A stretch of DNA of 64,000 nt from Malacoraja senta (taxonomy: Eukaryota). The notes under the pieces are model-generated. The model was not told where the DNA came from, did not search any database, and saw only the letters and a program-made list of their open reading frames with translations. Below, one piece after another: positions 25,131 through 39,426 of this stretch. Position 1 is the first letter of the stretch. Every line of letters begins with the position of its first letter. The stretch covers positions 1-64,000 of the forward strand of contig JAXLNO010000709.1 of NCBI GenBank assembly GCA_038087875.1, in the 5' to 3' direction. A program made the position numbers and the translations under genes.

Positions 25131-28100
25131 TTCTTCAGAATTGTTTTTCTCTGTCCACAGTTGCTGCCTGATCTGAATGTTGCCAGAACTTTCAGTTTCT
25201 GATGTCCAGCCCCTCAATTTTCTTAATTTTCATTAAAGGACATTAATCTTACATCCTACATCAGTGCAGACTGATGGAGGCTGAACTGTCAACCAAGTCA
25301 AAAGCACCATTGAGATGGTGGACAATGATTGCATCTGCTTGCTCAGATGGTATAACAAAAATACATGGTATTATTTCAACATTAGGTACAGAGGTGAAAT
25401 GATTTATTATTTATTCAAATCTGGATTCTACAACAACATCAGCTACTGATTATTAATCATTTTTGGAACCTATCTATAAGAACCAAAAAAGTGTAGATAT
25501 AGGCCATTTGTTCCCTTGAGTTTGCTCTACTATCGTGGCTGGGCTTTTTGCCTCAACCACCGGCTTTCTGCCCCATTCCCATATCCCTTTCCCCTCTTTA
25601 ATATCCAGAAATTTACTGATCTCTGTTTTGCATATAATCAAAAATTAAGCCTCCACGATTCTTCTTGGTAGAGAATTCCAAAGATTCACCACTCCCTGAA
25701 TGAAGAAATTTCTTCTCATTTCAATTGTCAATGTCCCTCTACTTAATTTGAAACCATGACCCCCCCAAGTTCGAGGCCCCTTATCTGGAGAAAACATCCT
25801 CTCTGCATCCACCCTGCAGAGTCTTCCAAGAATATGTAATTTTCTCCTGAAGTTATCGTGCTTCTAAACTCTGGAGAATAAAGGGTAAGGCTACTTTGTT
25901 TCTCAGGAAATTTCTCAGGCATCATCCCAGGAAACAATCTGATGAATCCTCACTGCATCTTTATAGCAAATATATCCTTTTTTAGATGAGGGGACCACAA
26001 TTGTGTGCATTACCCCATGTATGGTCTCTCCGAGGCCCTATATGCAGTAAGACATCATTCCTTTGTACTCAAATTCTCTAGCACTAAAACACAAATTCCT
26101 TTTAACCGTATTAATTTCCATCTAAACTTGCTTTCCAGCATTGCTCAATCTCGTCATTTAAAATCTGTTCAGTATCCTTGTTTTATCCACTGAACTGGAC
26201 ATCCTGAAGATTTTCCACATAAGGGTCCATCTGCCATGTTGCTGCTCCCTCCCACAGTTTGGCTTTGACCATTTGAACACATGATTTACAGGCAGTTGTC
26301 GGCCATTCAACTTCTCAAGGCTGCTCATCCATATGATTAGATAACGGGTAATTAGATTGTAACTCTTCATTCCCTTCCACCTGCACCAACCTTGTACCCC
26401 TGGGCTTTTAAGAATCTGTCTACCTCTGCTTTAAAAATATTCAAGGAATGTTTCCATTGTCCTTTAACTAAGAGAGTTCCAAAAACTTGCAACACTTTGA
26501 GGAGAAAAAAAGACCTAATTTCACTTGAGTGAATGACCCTTCACTTTAATGAGATACCACTTTGTTCTATTTTCTCCCTCAAAGGCAAGCTTCCTCTCCA
26601 CATCTAACCGGTTAAGACACACCAGAAGACGATCCACCCACTATTAGTGAAAACTTCTCTGAACTTTTTCCAACACATTGAAGCCCTTGCCCGTTTATCA
26701 TTATTCACATTTCCACTTAGTTTTGTGAATCAGCAAACTTGGAAGTATTACATTTGGTACTCTCAGCTACATTGTTGTTAAGAGATTTAGAGGGATGTAA
26801 GGAAGATTTTGTTTTACTCAAGAAGCTGGTGGGAGTTTGGAATGCACTGTCTGTGGGGGCGGTAGAGGCAGAGACTCTCACACCATTTAAGTGGAATCTA
26901 GCTGAGCATTTAACTTGTGAAGCCGTCAAAGGCTTCAGACCAAGTTTTGGTAAATTAAATTGGTATGTTTGGGCACCTAATGGCTGACATGAACTGGGTG
27001 GGCTGAAGGGCCTGTCTCTGTGTTGAATGAATCTGTGACTAAGTGTGTTTGCTTTTTGGTATATTTAATTTACCAGAGTGACAAAAAGGAATACTTAATC
27101 CTGTAGCTTAATTGTCTGATTTTTACGAGAGCACTTTGATACGTCTTCAGCATTTACATTTATGGTTACTGCCTATTGTCCTGCATTGTTCATCAGTGAG
27201 TAAACTGAGATAAGAACAGGACTTGCAAGTGGAACATGTCAATAATTTATGATTTTTTGGTATTTTCCTCAAATCTATTTAATCACTGCTTTTTCATATT
27301 TTTGACTGCTCTTAATAGTTCTTGTTCATGGAAGCGGTGTTTTTAGTAAACATTGTCTTTCTGGCAGAATAGTTGAGAGGAAGATGAATTCCCCCAGGAG
27401 CTATTGACAGCAAACAAACACCTGTTGTAACTCCATGGTAGTAATTAGTGCCACAGTTCCTGAGAATTTATTCCCCCATTAATTGAAAATTGTTGGTTTA
27501 TGCTTGAAGCTATCCTCTGGCTAAGATGAGAAACGTGTTAGTGTGGAAAGCCTGTGGCCCAAACACAATGTTTTTCAAGTTCCATCCAAAACATCGCATT
27601 TTGGGCCACCTAGCAAGAACATTAAAAATGTACTAAACAAGCTTAAAATTGTCATTATTTATACTGATACACAAATTTGAGATTGCACTCGTGGCAAGAT
27701 AATTTTTAATTTTATGAGGTTGGAGTTATCTTAGCGAAACTTTACTTGTACTAGAGTTAATGAATGCAGGTTTCATGTGGATAAAATTAATAATGAAAAT
27801 AATCTTCCATGGCAAAATTGATTCATTGTTAGGTGTAAAGCATATATATATATATATTTTTTTGCTCCCTCCACCATTCAACACGATCCTGGTTAATCAT
27901 CCATCTCAATATTCTGTTCCCACCTACCCCCTCTCCTTCTTACATATATTTAATTAGGTCATCTCCACTGACGTCTGTGCTAAAGAAATTCACAGGCTGA
28001 CTGCACTGTTGGCAAAGAGGTTTCTCTGGATCTTGGTCTAAATGCTCTGCCCCATAGTCTGAGGCTGTGATCTGGTTCTGGATTCCCCAGACATTGAGAA

Positions 28101-28544
28101 CAAGTATCCTCTATCTTGTCTGTCTCATCCTGTTAACTTGAAAAACATTTTGTCGGATCTCCTCTTATTCTTTAATACTCCAGTGAACATGGGCCTAATC
28201 TTCCCTTGTATGTCAGCCTTGCAACCCTGAGAATCAGTCCAATAAACCTGCACTTGTTTCATGATACGAACATCCTTCCTCAGATAAGGAGACCAAACTG
28301 CATGCAAATGCAGTCTCACCAAGGCCCTCTAAAGCACCAACAAGCTTTTTGTTTCTGCACCCAAATCCCCTTTAAATAAACCTTTAGTCTTTTTAATTGT
28401 TTTGTGCACTTGAATGCTTGCTTTCAGTAATATTCACTGACCAAAGATAGACACAAAAAGCTGCAGCCTTCTTCAGTCTCAACCCGAAACGTCACCCATT
28501 CCTTCTTTCCAGAGATGCTGCCTGCCCTGCTTAGTTACTCCAGC

Positions 28545-29226
28545 GCTCTGTTTCTCAGCGGCAGAATATGCAAGCCCCGTCTGGAGCCGCTTTAAACATG
28601 CACGCAAGGTGGACTCTGCATTGAACACTGCCTGCAGAAAAACCACAGGATGCCTGAAGCCGACAGGTTGAACATAGGTAGACAAAAGTGCTGGAGAAAC
28701 TCAGCGGGTGCAGCAGCATCTATGGAGCGAAGGAAATAGGCAACGTTTCGAGCCGAAACCCTTTTCAGACTGAGGTTGAACATATCTGTACGAGCTGGCA
28801 GGCATCGACGAACCATTTTGAAGACGTGATCGGGCAGCTGCAGTGGAACGCTTCAATGCGGACACAGACCCCCGTCACCCCTTGCACAATCACCAACATG
28901 CCAAGAAACGCCTGAAGATTCGGAACAGCATCATGGAGCCAACCGTACCAGGCACCAAAACCAAACAACAGATGGCACCAGGACACCACCTGCCTTATAC
29001 TACCTGGAAAGCCCTAAATCGCTTCTTCCGCACTGTAGTGGGACGTTGCGGAATCAACCTGAAGAAGTGGGGCCTCCTGGACTCTGACAAGTGCATCTGT
29101 GGAGACAATGGCCCACCTACTGACTTGTGGCGGAGAGCCATGCACTGCGGACGATCTCCGTAGAGGCACAAATGTGGCACTGGCCGTGGCAAAGTGATGG
29201 CAGAACTTTGTCTGACACACGAGCGA
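28545..29226 (+). mobile_element. Vingi/Ingi-like non-LTR retrotransposon 3' fragment
   Basis: Motifs ALCFSAAEYASPVWSR and WKALNRFFRTVVGRCGINLKKWGLLDSDKCICG. 8-bp TSD ACTCCAGC (28537-28544, 29227-29234) inside a PLE-derived repeat. Confidence 0.7.
28677..28772 (-). mobile_element. Short hammerhead-type PLE-derived element, 12-bp TSD
   Basis: AGGTTGAACATA at 28665-28676 and 28773-28784. Confidence 0.8.
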
Positions 29227-32200
29227 ACTCCAGCATTTTGTGTCTATGTTCATTTTAAACCAGCATCTGCAGTTCCTCCCTACACATATTCACTGACCAT
29301 GCATTTACATTTTTTCCCCTTTTTTTCAATTTATAACTATTCATCTGATTTATTTCTGCTCCTACTGCATCTGCTTTGCATTTGCCCACTTGCCCTTCTC
29401 CAAATCTTCTTGCATCCATCTCATAGTTCGCACTCCCAGGCAGCTTTGTGTGGCCTCAACGTAGAGACATGCATTTGGTTTCCTCATCAAAATCATTGAT
29501 ATATGTTATGAGTAGTTCTTGCTGAAGATTTGACCTGTTGGCACCTCTCTAATCATTGCCAGCCACCTAGAAAAATACCTATTTATTCCTATGCTCTGCT
29601 TCCTCCTTATCAGCTGATTCTCAATCCATGCAAGCATATTAACCTGGACTCCAAGTCTCCATTTTTGCAGACTTATCAAAAACCTTCTGAAAGTCCCAAT
29701 ACACAATGTCCAATAGTTATCTTTTGCTTATTTTGCCAGTTACATCCCCCAAAAATCTCCTGTATGTTTGTTTTGCATGATTTCCCTTTCATAAAGGCAT
29801 GCTGATTTTTTTTTATACTTATATGTGCCCGGCTTTAGCATCTTTTAGAAACTGGTTTCTGCAAAGTTTCCCCACAGCTGACTTTACACTTACTAGTCTG
29901 TAATGTGTCTTTCCTTGGATCACTCTGCTGCATTCGGCGTTGAATTTATTGTTGTATCTGTCATCGTGTTTACTCTCCGAGCTTCATGTGAGAAAATAAT
30001 TTCATGGCATCATGGTGGATATGACAATAAACTAATCAAATTGTATCCCAACATTCCCGTTTCCCCAGATATACTAAATCTGTCCAAGGGCTGGGTGAGC
30101 AAATACTTCCCCAGACAAATCTTGATGTGAACTATAGGTTATGTTATTTGACTACAATTTAACATACTGAGACATAATAAATATATATTCATTAGCTAAA
30201 CATTATTTACTCAACACAAAGTGTTGGACATAATACAAATGAAGAAGATACTGGATGTTTCGCAACAGCAGTGGTCTTGTTTGAATTAAAATTATTTCCG
30301 ATTACACTCTCTTGGACACAAATCAATGCAGTTTTTTTTGCCCAAATAACTAAAAGCAACATTCAGTTTCAAAGACTAGCCTGTGGCTTTTGTGTTTTAT
30401 CTTCTGTTCCTGAGAGACATGTTGTGTAATCCTATCAGGCCTCTTGTTGGACTAATAGGTTGCCAACACAATGGTTTTGAAGTATTCATTAAGTAGTGAG
30501 CAATATTTGGAAGAAGTGAGGGTTGCCATGGGGAACGTGCATGGGTTCAAACTGTGACTGTCTCTGTGTAATATGTGAAACTTTCTTTGTTTTAATCCTA
30601 CTAGGATCCTCATTGTTGGTTTGTGATATGCATCTGTAAAATTAATTACCATGATAATTAATTGCTGAATCTGAAACATCTTAACAATGATAAGAAACAA
30701 GAGCAGGAGTGAAGAAGGGTCCCGACTTGAAACATCACCTATCCGTGTTGTCCAGAATGCTGCCTGACCCGCTGAGTTACTCCAGCACTTTGTGTCTTTC
30801 CTGAGCAAGAATAGGCCCTCGTTTGTCAGGGTAGTGGGAGACATTGAGGAAGAAGATTGAAGGGGTTCAAGGTAAACATGTTTCCACAAAGAGAAATAGT
30901 GGTATGGCAAATCTAGGCTGTGGGATAAGACCAAAAAGGGAAGCTTATGCCAGGCACCAGAGTTTAATAACACAGAATGCGTGAAGAGGAAGTATGAAAG
31001 TGAAAATTGAAAGAGGGATTAGGAAGGCAAAGACAGGGATTGAAAAAAATTCTGTCAATTGAATCCAAGAAAATCCCGAAGATATTTTGGAAGTACAAAG
31101 ATTGTACAAAGATTGTAGTTTGACTACTGAAAATAATTAGGCCTAACATTTAAACTATGTGTATCAGAGGTGGAGGTATGTGAAGTAATGGGCCCATTAA
31201 TGCAATAATATACAAATAAATATATAATAATCAATAATATAATAATTTAGGATCCTTTAAAATGGATAAATTACTAGGCAAGCATGAAACGTAATCCTTA
31301 CTATTGAAAGAATTAAGGGTTGAATGAATAGAAGTCCTGAACATTATTTTTATAATCTATCTTGACCTAAGGATACCAGAGAATTGGAGGATTGCTAAAG
31401 TTGTTTTGTGGTTCTGAAAGGGTTAAAACCAATAGGTTTGACTTTGATGGATGGTAAATTATTGTAACCTATTCTGAGTTACAATTTAAAAATCAAAACA
31501 ATTGTAATGGAAACAAACGCTGGAAACAGCCAGTGGGTCAGATAGTCGAAAATAGAAATTAGATCAACTTTTTTTCTTTGGAATAGGGATCTGACTTAAT
31601 TGAGGATATATACAATATTATGAAAGGCAAATAGGCAAGATGAAGGATCTTGCCCATTGGCAATGGGGTGAAAAACCAAGGGAGATATTAGAGGCATAGC
31701 CCCTCATCACATTTAATATGAATTTGGATACACATTTGAAAAGTTGAGATGGGTAGGCCTACAAATCATGTGCTGGAGGGTGAGATTTGACAGAGGCAAA
31801 ACAGGATGAATGCCTTCTTGAAGGTTTTTTCTATGACTATATTGCTCCTTGATTCTGTTCAGCCATTCAATAAATTAATTGCTGATCTAATTTGGATCTC
31901 ATACCGCCTTTCAACCTGGTCCCGTAATCCTTGTATTTCCCAAAGTCTAAAAATCTAGATATATTTAAGGCTGAGATTGATCTTGACAACCTTCCTGGCG
32001 TTTTGCGGTAAATATTTCCAATGATTTGAAATGAATTTGCTCCTCATCTCAGGCATAAATTGTTAACCTGACTATTCCTCAGCTGATCCACACCAGTTTT
32101 ACAATTCCCCACCAGAGGAATTCCTCTTGACATCTTTTCTGTCAAGTCCCCCACCAGCACACTTTCTCCCCTCCACTCCAGTACTGAATATGTTTCAATA

Positions 32201-34847
32201 AGTTTTCTTCCTTTTGGGCTCCATCTACTTAATCCTTCCACATAACGTAACCTCTTCATACCTGGAATCCATCAAATGATCTTTCTCTGCGTGCCTGCAG
32301 TGCAGTTATTTCCTCCCTTAAATAAGAGTACAACCATATACAGTACTTCAAGTGTGAACACAGTTGCGTCATAACTTACTTACATACTCCATCCCCTTGC
32401 AATAAAAGCCAACATCTTATTTGCTTTCCAAATTACTTGTTCTCTTGCATGCCAGTTTTCTGTGTTTCTTGGATAAGTATACCAAGGTCTCTTTGAATAC
32501 CAGCATTCAGTCGTTTTACACTATTTGGATAATCTACTTTTATTTGCCCATCAAAGTGCCCTTCACAATATTATACATGCCAGTTTTTGCTCGTTCAGCT
32601 AACCTGTTTTTATCCCATGCAAGCACTTTGTATTTTTCCTGTTATGGTTGGATTTTTTAATCTGAACCATTAACCCTACTTCCCTCTCCGTAAATGCAGT
32701 CTGACGAGTTGAGTATTTCCAGAATTTATATTTATATTTCCGGCATCATAACTTTCCATTCACAGGCCGAGTGCATTAACATTAGATGCAGATTTAAGAT
32801 GATTGACAAAAGAAGCAGGGGTAACATGACGAAACAGTTCATTTCAAATATCGTAATTTGGGATGCACTGTCTGAAAGTGTGATGGAATTGAATCAGTCA
32901 AAGTTTTGTATTGGACTGATGGGCTATGCAAACTTTGCAGGGCTATGGGGGGGGGGGGGGAACAGAGAGGTAATTGGCTAGCTGTACAAAAGAGCCAATT
33001 GGCTAGCTGCATGAAAGTCATGATGGTTTAAAGATTGTCTCAAGTTCTGATTAAAATTATGATTCTGTGAAGTTTGTTTCTCAAATCTTTTTTGTTGGAA
33101 AACTAACAAAATTTACCTATATCTGTATTTTGTTTTTATCTTTGTGTTTTGATATTTTCTTTGGCTACTGGGTTTTATAAAAATGTAAAACCTCTGAGTC
33201 ATTGACTGAATCTTGCAGCTCAGACCTCTCAAGCTTTATGTAAAGCTGCCATAGGTGTCTTTCTCAGACAGGTAAAGCAGGAGATCCAACTACTGTTTTT
33301 TGGGGGCCAGTGTATCAATGCCCTTTACAACGCTAACATAAGAATTTTACAAGCAGCTTGCATATGCTGAGTCCATGAGAAGCAGATAATGTATATAAAG
33401 CCCATGCATATTTATCAAAACAGTTAAAAAAACAGTATTTTTAGTTCCATCTCCAGACAAATAGCCTCCTCTTGAATCCAAATATTAACTTGCAATGGAT
33501 TATGATAGATTTAAAATATTATATTGGAAAAACAAATTTAATTTTCTGGAAAATGGAAACGATATGGGTTCCTGAATGACAAATTGCCATATTTTGTGCA
33601 AATCAATTTCATTGTATAACTGACAAATTATGAATTTATGGTTGAAAATTACATTGCATGGTTGTGACCAGGTGGGATTAATTTGGACAATAACTTATTC
33701 ATTCCTGATAAGTTATTTATGTGTCTATGTACGTGTAAATAGGAATTATCATTAAAACATTATCAACATTTGTTTTGTATCACATCTTGTAGGTTCCTGT
33801 TCACAAATCAGCGACTGACCTCCATTAATTCTTTATTCATGCCAACTCCATGAATGGAGGCAGCATTACAATAACTATTAGTGCCACCCCAGTAAAATGG
33901 ATTGAATCTAGAAGATCATCAGATTTTTTTTTTGTTTTTGTGTGGCAAATGAAGTAATTTGGATAATTACATCGCACCATTGAAGAATTGAAGTTCTATA
34001 TCCAGGCTGCAGGTGATAGCAGTCTCGTCACGTCCCAGGCTTGTAAATCATTAGTTTCATTGAATGTGCCAACCAGCTGAGACTAAGGCTTTATTAACAT
34101 TCACTGTGATGGTCTTTATTAGTTACAAACAACCTAAGAAGTCTCCTCAATGTACTTTTGTCTGTTTAAGTCAATTGAAAGCTCTTTGTTGACAGAATTT
34201 CATTTCATTTCAACTCCATGTTGATCTTTATAAATACAAGCACAAATTTTGGTCAGTTCTTTTAAACCCGTGCCAATTTAAGCCTATTATATTGAAGCTC
34301 AAAATACCACTTATTTTTATGCTCTTTATAAATATCCTCACTAATTTTTACATTTCTCTGTGAAGACTACTGGAAATATGATACCAATAGCAGCCACATG
34401 ACTATTTTTTGTGAAGGAACAAAGTTTTATGTTATGCACCATAATTACTGTGTTATTATTGAATACCATTTAGAAGGCAATCCTATAATCCAACATTAAA
34501 AATCACCAATAACGTGGAAAAAGTAATACATAAACTGCACAGGAGCATTTATATCTCAAATTATAGGGTGAGACAATCAATTCGTATGGAAAAGTTTTGA
34601 AAATGGTTATGTAATGAGGCTTGAACAACATGCCTCGATTTTGGGCAGTTGTCATCAAAATCTTACCCAACAAAAAAAGCTGAGCCTGTGTGGGTTTGTG
34701 ACAAATGAGGTACAGAAGCGAAGGGGGAAAGATACAGTTTTTATGCTGACTGGATAGCGCACAAAATAAAAGCTTTTCGATGTAGCTCGGTAGACATGAC
34801 ATTAAACTAAGCTAGCAGACAAAAAAAAGTTATTATCTAGCCAAAGA

Positions 34848-35200
34848 AAGACTCAAAATGCTGAATTAATTCTGCAAGTCAGACAGCATCACTGGAGAAC
34901 GTGGATCGGTAATGTTTCGGGTTGGGATCCTTCTTCAGACTGATTGCAGGGGAGAGAAGGAAAAAAAAAGCTGGACAGGAGAAGGGGCCGGACAAATCAT
35001 GGCCAGCTACAGATGACCTCAGGCGGTCCCCCTACAATCAGTTATTTCTTGCACCCCTCCTGTAATCAGTCTGAAGAAAAGTCCCAAAAGCGCCCAAAAC
35101 GTCACCCATTCTTGTTCTCCGGAGATGCTGTCTGACCGGCCGAGTTACTCCAGCATTTTGTCTCTTTCTTTGGTCAGCCAACATTTGCAGTTCCTTGTTA
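34848..35200. mobile_element. Inverted pair of PLE terminal repeats
   Basis: A - strand copy (34848-34950) and a + strand copy (35060-35200), each with a degenerate CTGAAGA...AAAC core. Confidence 0.7.
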
Positions 35201-35349
35201 CAATAATTATCTAACCACTAACTGTAGCATTTTACCAAGTACTACAACCTGTCGATATCTTTTGCAGTCATAGTGTGCTGATGGTAGAGGGAGTACATTT
35301 TTAATGTGGTGGATATTGTGCCAGTCAAACAGCTGCTTTAGCTAGTGAT

Positions 35350-36620
35350 GGTCTCAAGTGGTGCATCTGTAGAAGTTTGTTATGGGTCATTGGAAAGATG
35401 TCAAATTTCTTTAGTCTCCTGAGGAAGTAGAGGCGATGGTGTCACTTCAATGTGGTTGGTCCATGACAGATCATTGGTAATATTTACACCAAGGAACATG
35501 AAGCTCTCAACCATGATGCTGATTGGAGCCCGTACATCACCAAGCTTCCTGAAGTCGCTAACTAGCTCCATCATCGTGCTGACATTGAGGGAGAGGTTGC
35601 TGTTTTGGCATCATGTTACATCGCTCTCTATCTCCTTCCTGTACTCCATCTCATCATTGCTTGTGATTAGTCCACCGCAGTGTCATCTACAAACTTATAT
35701 TTGGAATTAGAGCCGAATGTGGCTGCAGAATTGTGAGTGTACGGGGAGTATGTGTACAGGGTGCTCTGTTGTTTAGAATTCTTGTGGACCAGGTCCGTTA
35801 TCCTCAATGATAGTGGTTTGTGGTTCAGTAAGTTGAGGATCCAGTGGCAGAGGGGGGATGGAGGGGGATGCTGATTCCTAGATCTCGAAGTTTGGATGGG
35901 ATTATGCTGTTGAAGGCGGGGATATAGTCAAAAATAGGAGTCTACTGTAGGTCTTTGCTGTCTAGATGTACAAATGTGATAAGTTTAGGGCCATGGAGAT
36001 GGCGTATGCTGTGGAATTGTTGGGATGGAAGGCAAACTGCAGTGGATCAAGGCTAGCTGGGAGGCTGGAGCTAATGCGTCTCTTGAAGCACTTCATGATA
36101 GTGGACATCAGTATCTGAAGGGTGGCACAGTGGCGCAGCGGGAGCTTTGCTGCCTTGCAGCGCTGGAGACCCGGGTTCAATCCCGAATATGGGTGCTGTT
36201 TGTACGGAGTTTGTACGTTCTTCCCGTGACCCCGTGGGTTTCTCCAAAATCTTTGGTTTCCCCCCACACTCCAAAGATGTACAGGTTTTTAGGTTAATTG
36301 GCTTGGTATAAGTGTAAATTGTCCCTAGCGTGTGTAGGATAGTATTAATGTGCAGGGTTCGCTGGTCGGTGCTGACCCGGTGGGCCGAAGGGCCAGTTTC
36401 CGAGCTGTATTTCTAAAATAAAAAAGGCACACTACTTTTGGCACTGGGATAGTCATCTGAAAGCAGGTGGGGACCTCAGACTGGAGTAGTGAGAGGTAAA
36501 GAGGTCTATGAATACCTCTTGACACCTGGTCAGCACAGGTCCTATGCAAATGGGCAGGGACTCCACCAAGACCAGTTGCTTTCCACAAAACCACAAAGGC
36601 TGATGTTGTGTCTGCCACAA
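35350..36620 (-). mobile_element. Rex1-like LINE RT fragments interrupted by a V-SINE
   Basis: Motifs [22 protein letters not shown] and SEVPTCF..TIPVPK. Confidence 0.65.
36120..36424 (+). mobile_element. tRNA-derived V-SINE (HE1-like)
   Basis: Starts GGTGGCACAGTGGCGCAGCGG, B-box GGTTCAATCC, V-domain, tail GGGCCGAAGGGCC and an A-rich end. Confidence 0.85.
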
Positions 36621-38624
36621 TAATCTTACCTGAGCTCCTTGTAAATTGGCAGAGGGAAATTAAGGTTGGAAAAGTAAATACATGGCTCCAAGATCAATGT
36701 GGGATAAAGATGTTACAATCGATGGGGCGATGTCAGTACTCGGGGAAGAGAGAACTGTCCCTTATGATGGATTCCATTTGAACTATCCTGGCATAACAAG
36801 GGTTATAGACAGAGCTCTATATTGGTTGGGGATAGGGGAGGAAGGATTCAAGTGACAGGAAGCTTCATAAATCAAAAAGACAGGAGAGAGCAGGGACACA
36901 GAGAAGTGAAGGGGGTCAATGAAAATCAAAGCATGACAGGTAGGGTCAGAGAGTATAAGCAAAGTGTGCAGCAGAAATTGGAACCAGAGTGAATAACAAC
37001 TGTAAAAAGTCAAAGCCCAACAAGGCGTTTGATCAGAACACACACATTTTTAACAGTAGGTGAGTTGATGACACGAATATAAATAAATATTTTGATTTAA
37101 TAGTTAGACAATTAGTTTAGTTTAGTTTATTATCATGTGTACAAGGTAAAGTGAAAACACTTTTTGCCGCGTGCTCACCAGTCAGCGGAAAGACTACACA
37201 TGATTACAATCGAGCCGCCAACAGTGTACCTATACATGATGAAGGGAATAACATTTAGTGCGAGGTAAAGTCCGACTAAAGATAGTCCAAAGGTCTCCAG
37301 TGAGGTAGATAGTAGCTCAGGACCGCTCTCTTGTTGGTACGCTAGTTCAATTACCTAATAACAGCAGGGAAGAAAGTCCCTGAATCTGGAGGTGTGTGTT
37401 TTCACACTTCTGTAGTTCTTGCCTGATGGGAGAGGGGAGAAGAAGGAGTGACTGGGCTTAATCCCGTCCTTCATTATGCTGGTGGGCTTGCCGAGGCAGC
37501 ATGAAGTAGATGTGTTGACGTAATGGGTATTACAGAGGAATGATGCAGAATGGAGAAGTTGAGGCTTGAGATAGATTAGCCCTCTTCTGTGCCAGATTGG
37601 ATTAAAGTTTGAAATAGCACCTTTGATTCAGAATGTTTCACATTCGGGAACCACTTCAGGGCTTGAGCAAACAATGTTGGCTGAATTTTGCTTTATGCTG
37701 AAAATATAAAGAAATCTGAAGGAAAGTACCACGGAAAGTTTGGAGTAACTCAGTGGGCTCAGAACGTAAAACCGGGCTGTGCAGGGCTGGGAAACAAAAA
37801 GGTTGGAGGCTGTGGAAGACGGACAGCCAGAAATGATGAAATCAAAAATGGTCTGTGAGATTATCTCATCTATGGCATCATGGTTCAAGGATAGGTAGTA
37901 TCAGATAGGAAAGTTCCAGTAGTTTCATGAATGACTACTCTCTGTGTATCTAGAAACATCTCAAGCAATACTTTCAAATTCAACAATATATTTAACATAG
38001 CAGTCTCCTTGATCAACAAGAAACTATTAAATGCATTGCCACAACTGGCCAAAGATTTTGTGAGTACTTCCAAGCTCGATAGTCTAAACCACCGTGAAGG
38101 ATGTTAGAACATCAGCTCTGAACGTGCTCATTTTTTCTGACTTTACCATGTATGGCTATTCCTTATCACTCGGTCAAATTAGATCCCAGCCTGAACCAAA
38201 GATAGACACAGAATGCCGGAGTAACTCAGCAGGTCAGGCAGCATCTCTGAAGAAAACAAATGGGTGATGTTAGTTCAAGACTGTCGAAGATCTTCAAAAT
38301 TACTAAAATGCCTCTGACATTTGTAAACATTCAAGCAAAAAATCAAAACACTGAGATGTTTGGCAATGGAGCACATTCCGACCTTATGTTGGAAATTTTT
38401 GACTAATTTGAGTGGATAAATAAGTTCCTCGAAAGGCTTATTTTGTTAATGAATAGAATTCAACAGACCTGAACTATTTGGATAAATTGTTAAACTCTCC
38501 TCAATCTGTAAATACTGTATCATAAATAAATAGTCAGGACTACAGCTGTGACCTCTCTGGAAATTCGTTAATAAAAATAAAACCATGTGGGAAGAAATTG
38601 TATTGTCTCATAGTTCCAGTATTA

Positions 38625-39205
38625 GTTTAGTTGATTATTGTCACGTGCACCGAGGTATAGTGAAAAGCTTTTGTTGTGTGCTATCCAGTCAAAGAAAAGA
38701 CTATACATTACAATCAAGCCATCCAGTGTGCAGATAAAAGGTACAATATTTAGTATGAAATAGTCTGATTAAAGCTAGTTCAAAGGTCTCCAATGAGGTA
38801 AATGAGTGGTCAGGCTCACACTCTAGCTGGTGAGAGAACAATTCAGTTGCCTGATAACAACTGGGATGAAACTCTCCCTGAATCTGGAAGTATGCGTTTC
38901 TGTACCTCTTGCCAGAGGGGAGAAGAGGGATTGACCGGGGTGAGACTGGTCGTTGTTTATGCTGGTGGCCTTGCCGAGGCAGCGCAAAGTGTGGATGGTG
39001 TCAATGGAAGGGAGGTTGGTTTGCATGATGGTCTGGGCTACGTCCACAGCTCTCTGCAATTTCTTGCGGTCTTGGATGGAGCTGTTCCTAAACTATGCTG
39101 TGACGCATCCCGATAAAATACTATCTACAACTCATCTTTAGAAGTTGGTGTGGGTTGTTGGGGATATGCCGAACCTCCTAATGTAGAGGCATTGGTATGC
39201 TTTCT
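38625..39205 (-). mobile_element. Rex1-like LINE 3' fragment
   Basis: Motif LPSIDTIHTLRCLGKATSI..DQSHPGQSLF...TSRFRESFIPVVIRQLN. Related pieces at ~37110-37520 and, on the + strand, ~44400-44890. Confidence 0.7.
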
Positions 39206-39287
39206 TGAACGTTATTATTATTGCCTGCAATGTGGATGTTTCAGCTAACTCCCGTCTTCTATTTTAGAAACCAAATCAACCAAAGTG

Positions 39288-39426
39288 ATGGAAACGCGTA
39301 TATGCAGAATCTGGCCGCTGTCAACACCAGACATCGTGCACTATCTGAAGATGAGTTGGGATGAAGATCTGGGAAATGGTTTCACAATAACTCTCTGCAA
39401 TGGAGAACACGCTTGGAGTGGAAAAG
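39288..39426 (+). CDS. XRCC4: XRCC4 first coding exon (exon starts at 39268)
   Basis: Acceptor TCTTCTATTTTAG at 39267, then METRICRIWPLSTPDIVHYLKMSWDEDLGNGFTITLCNGEHAWSGK, colinear with human MERKISRIHL...GFVITLTDGHSAWTGT. 139 coding nt, phase-1 donor AAG|GTACAG. Confidence 0.95.

Noticed and set aside
36120..36200. tRNA-like sequences with A and B boxes (also 6162, 60703)
   Set aside because: They are SINE heads continuing into the V-domain and LINE-like tail, with no complete cloverleaf.
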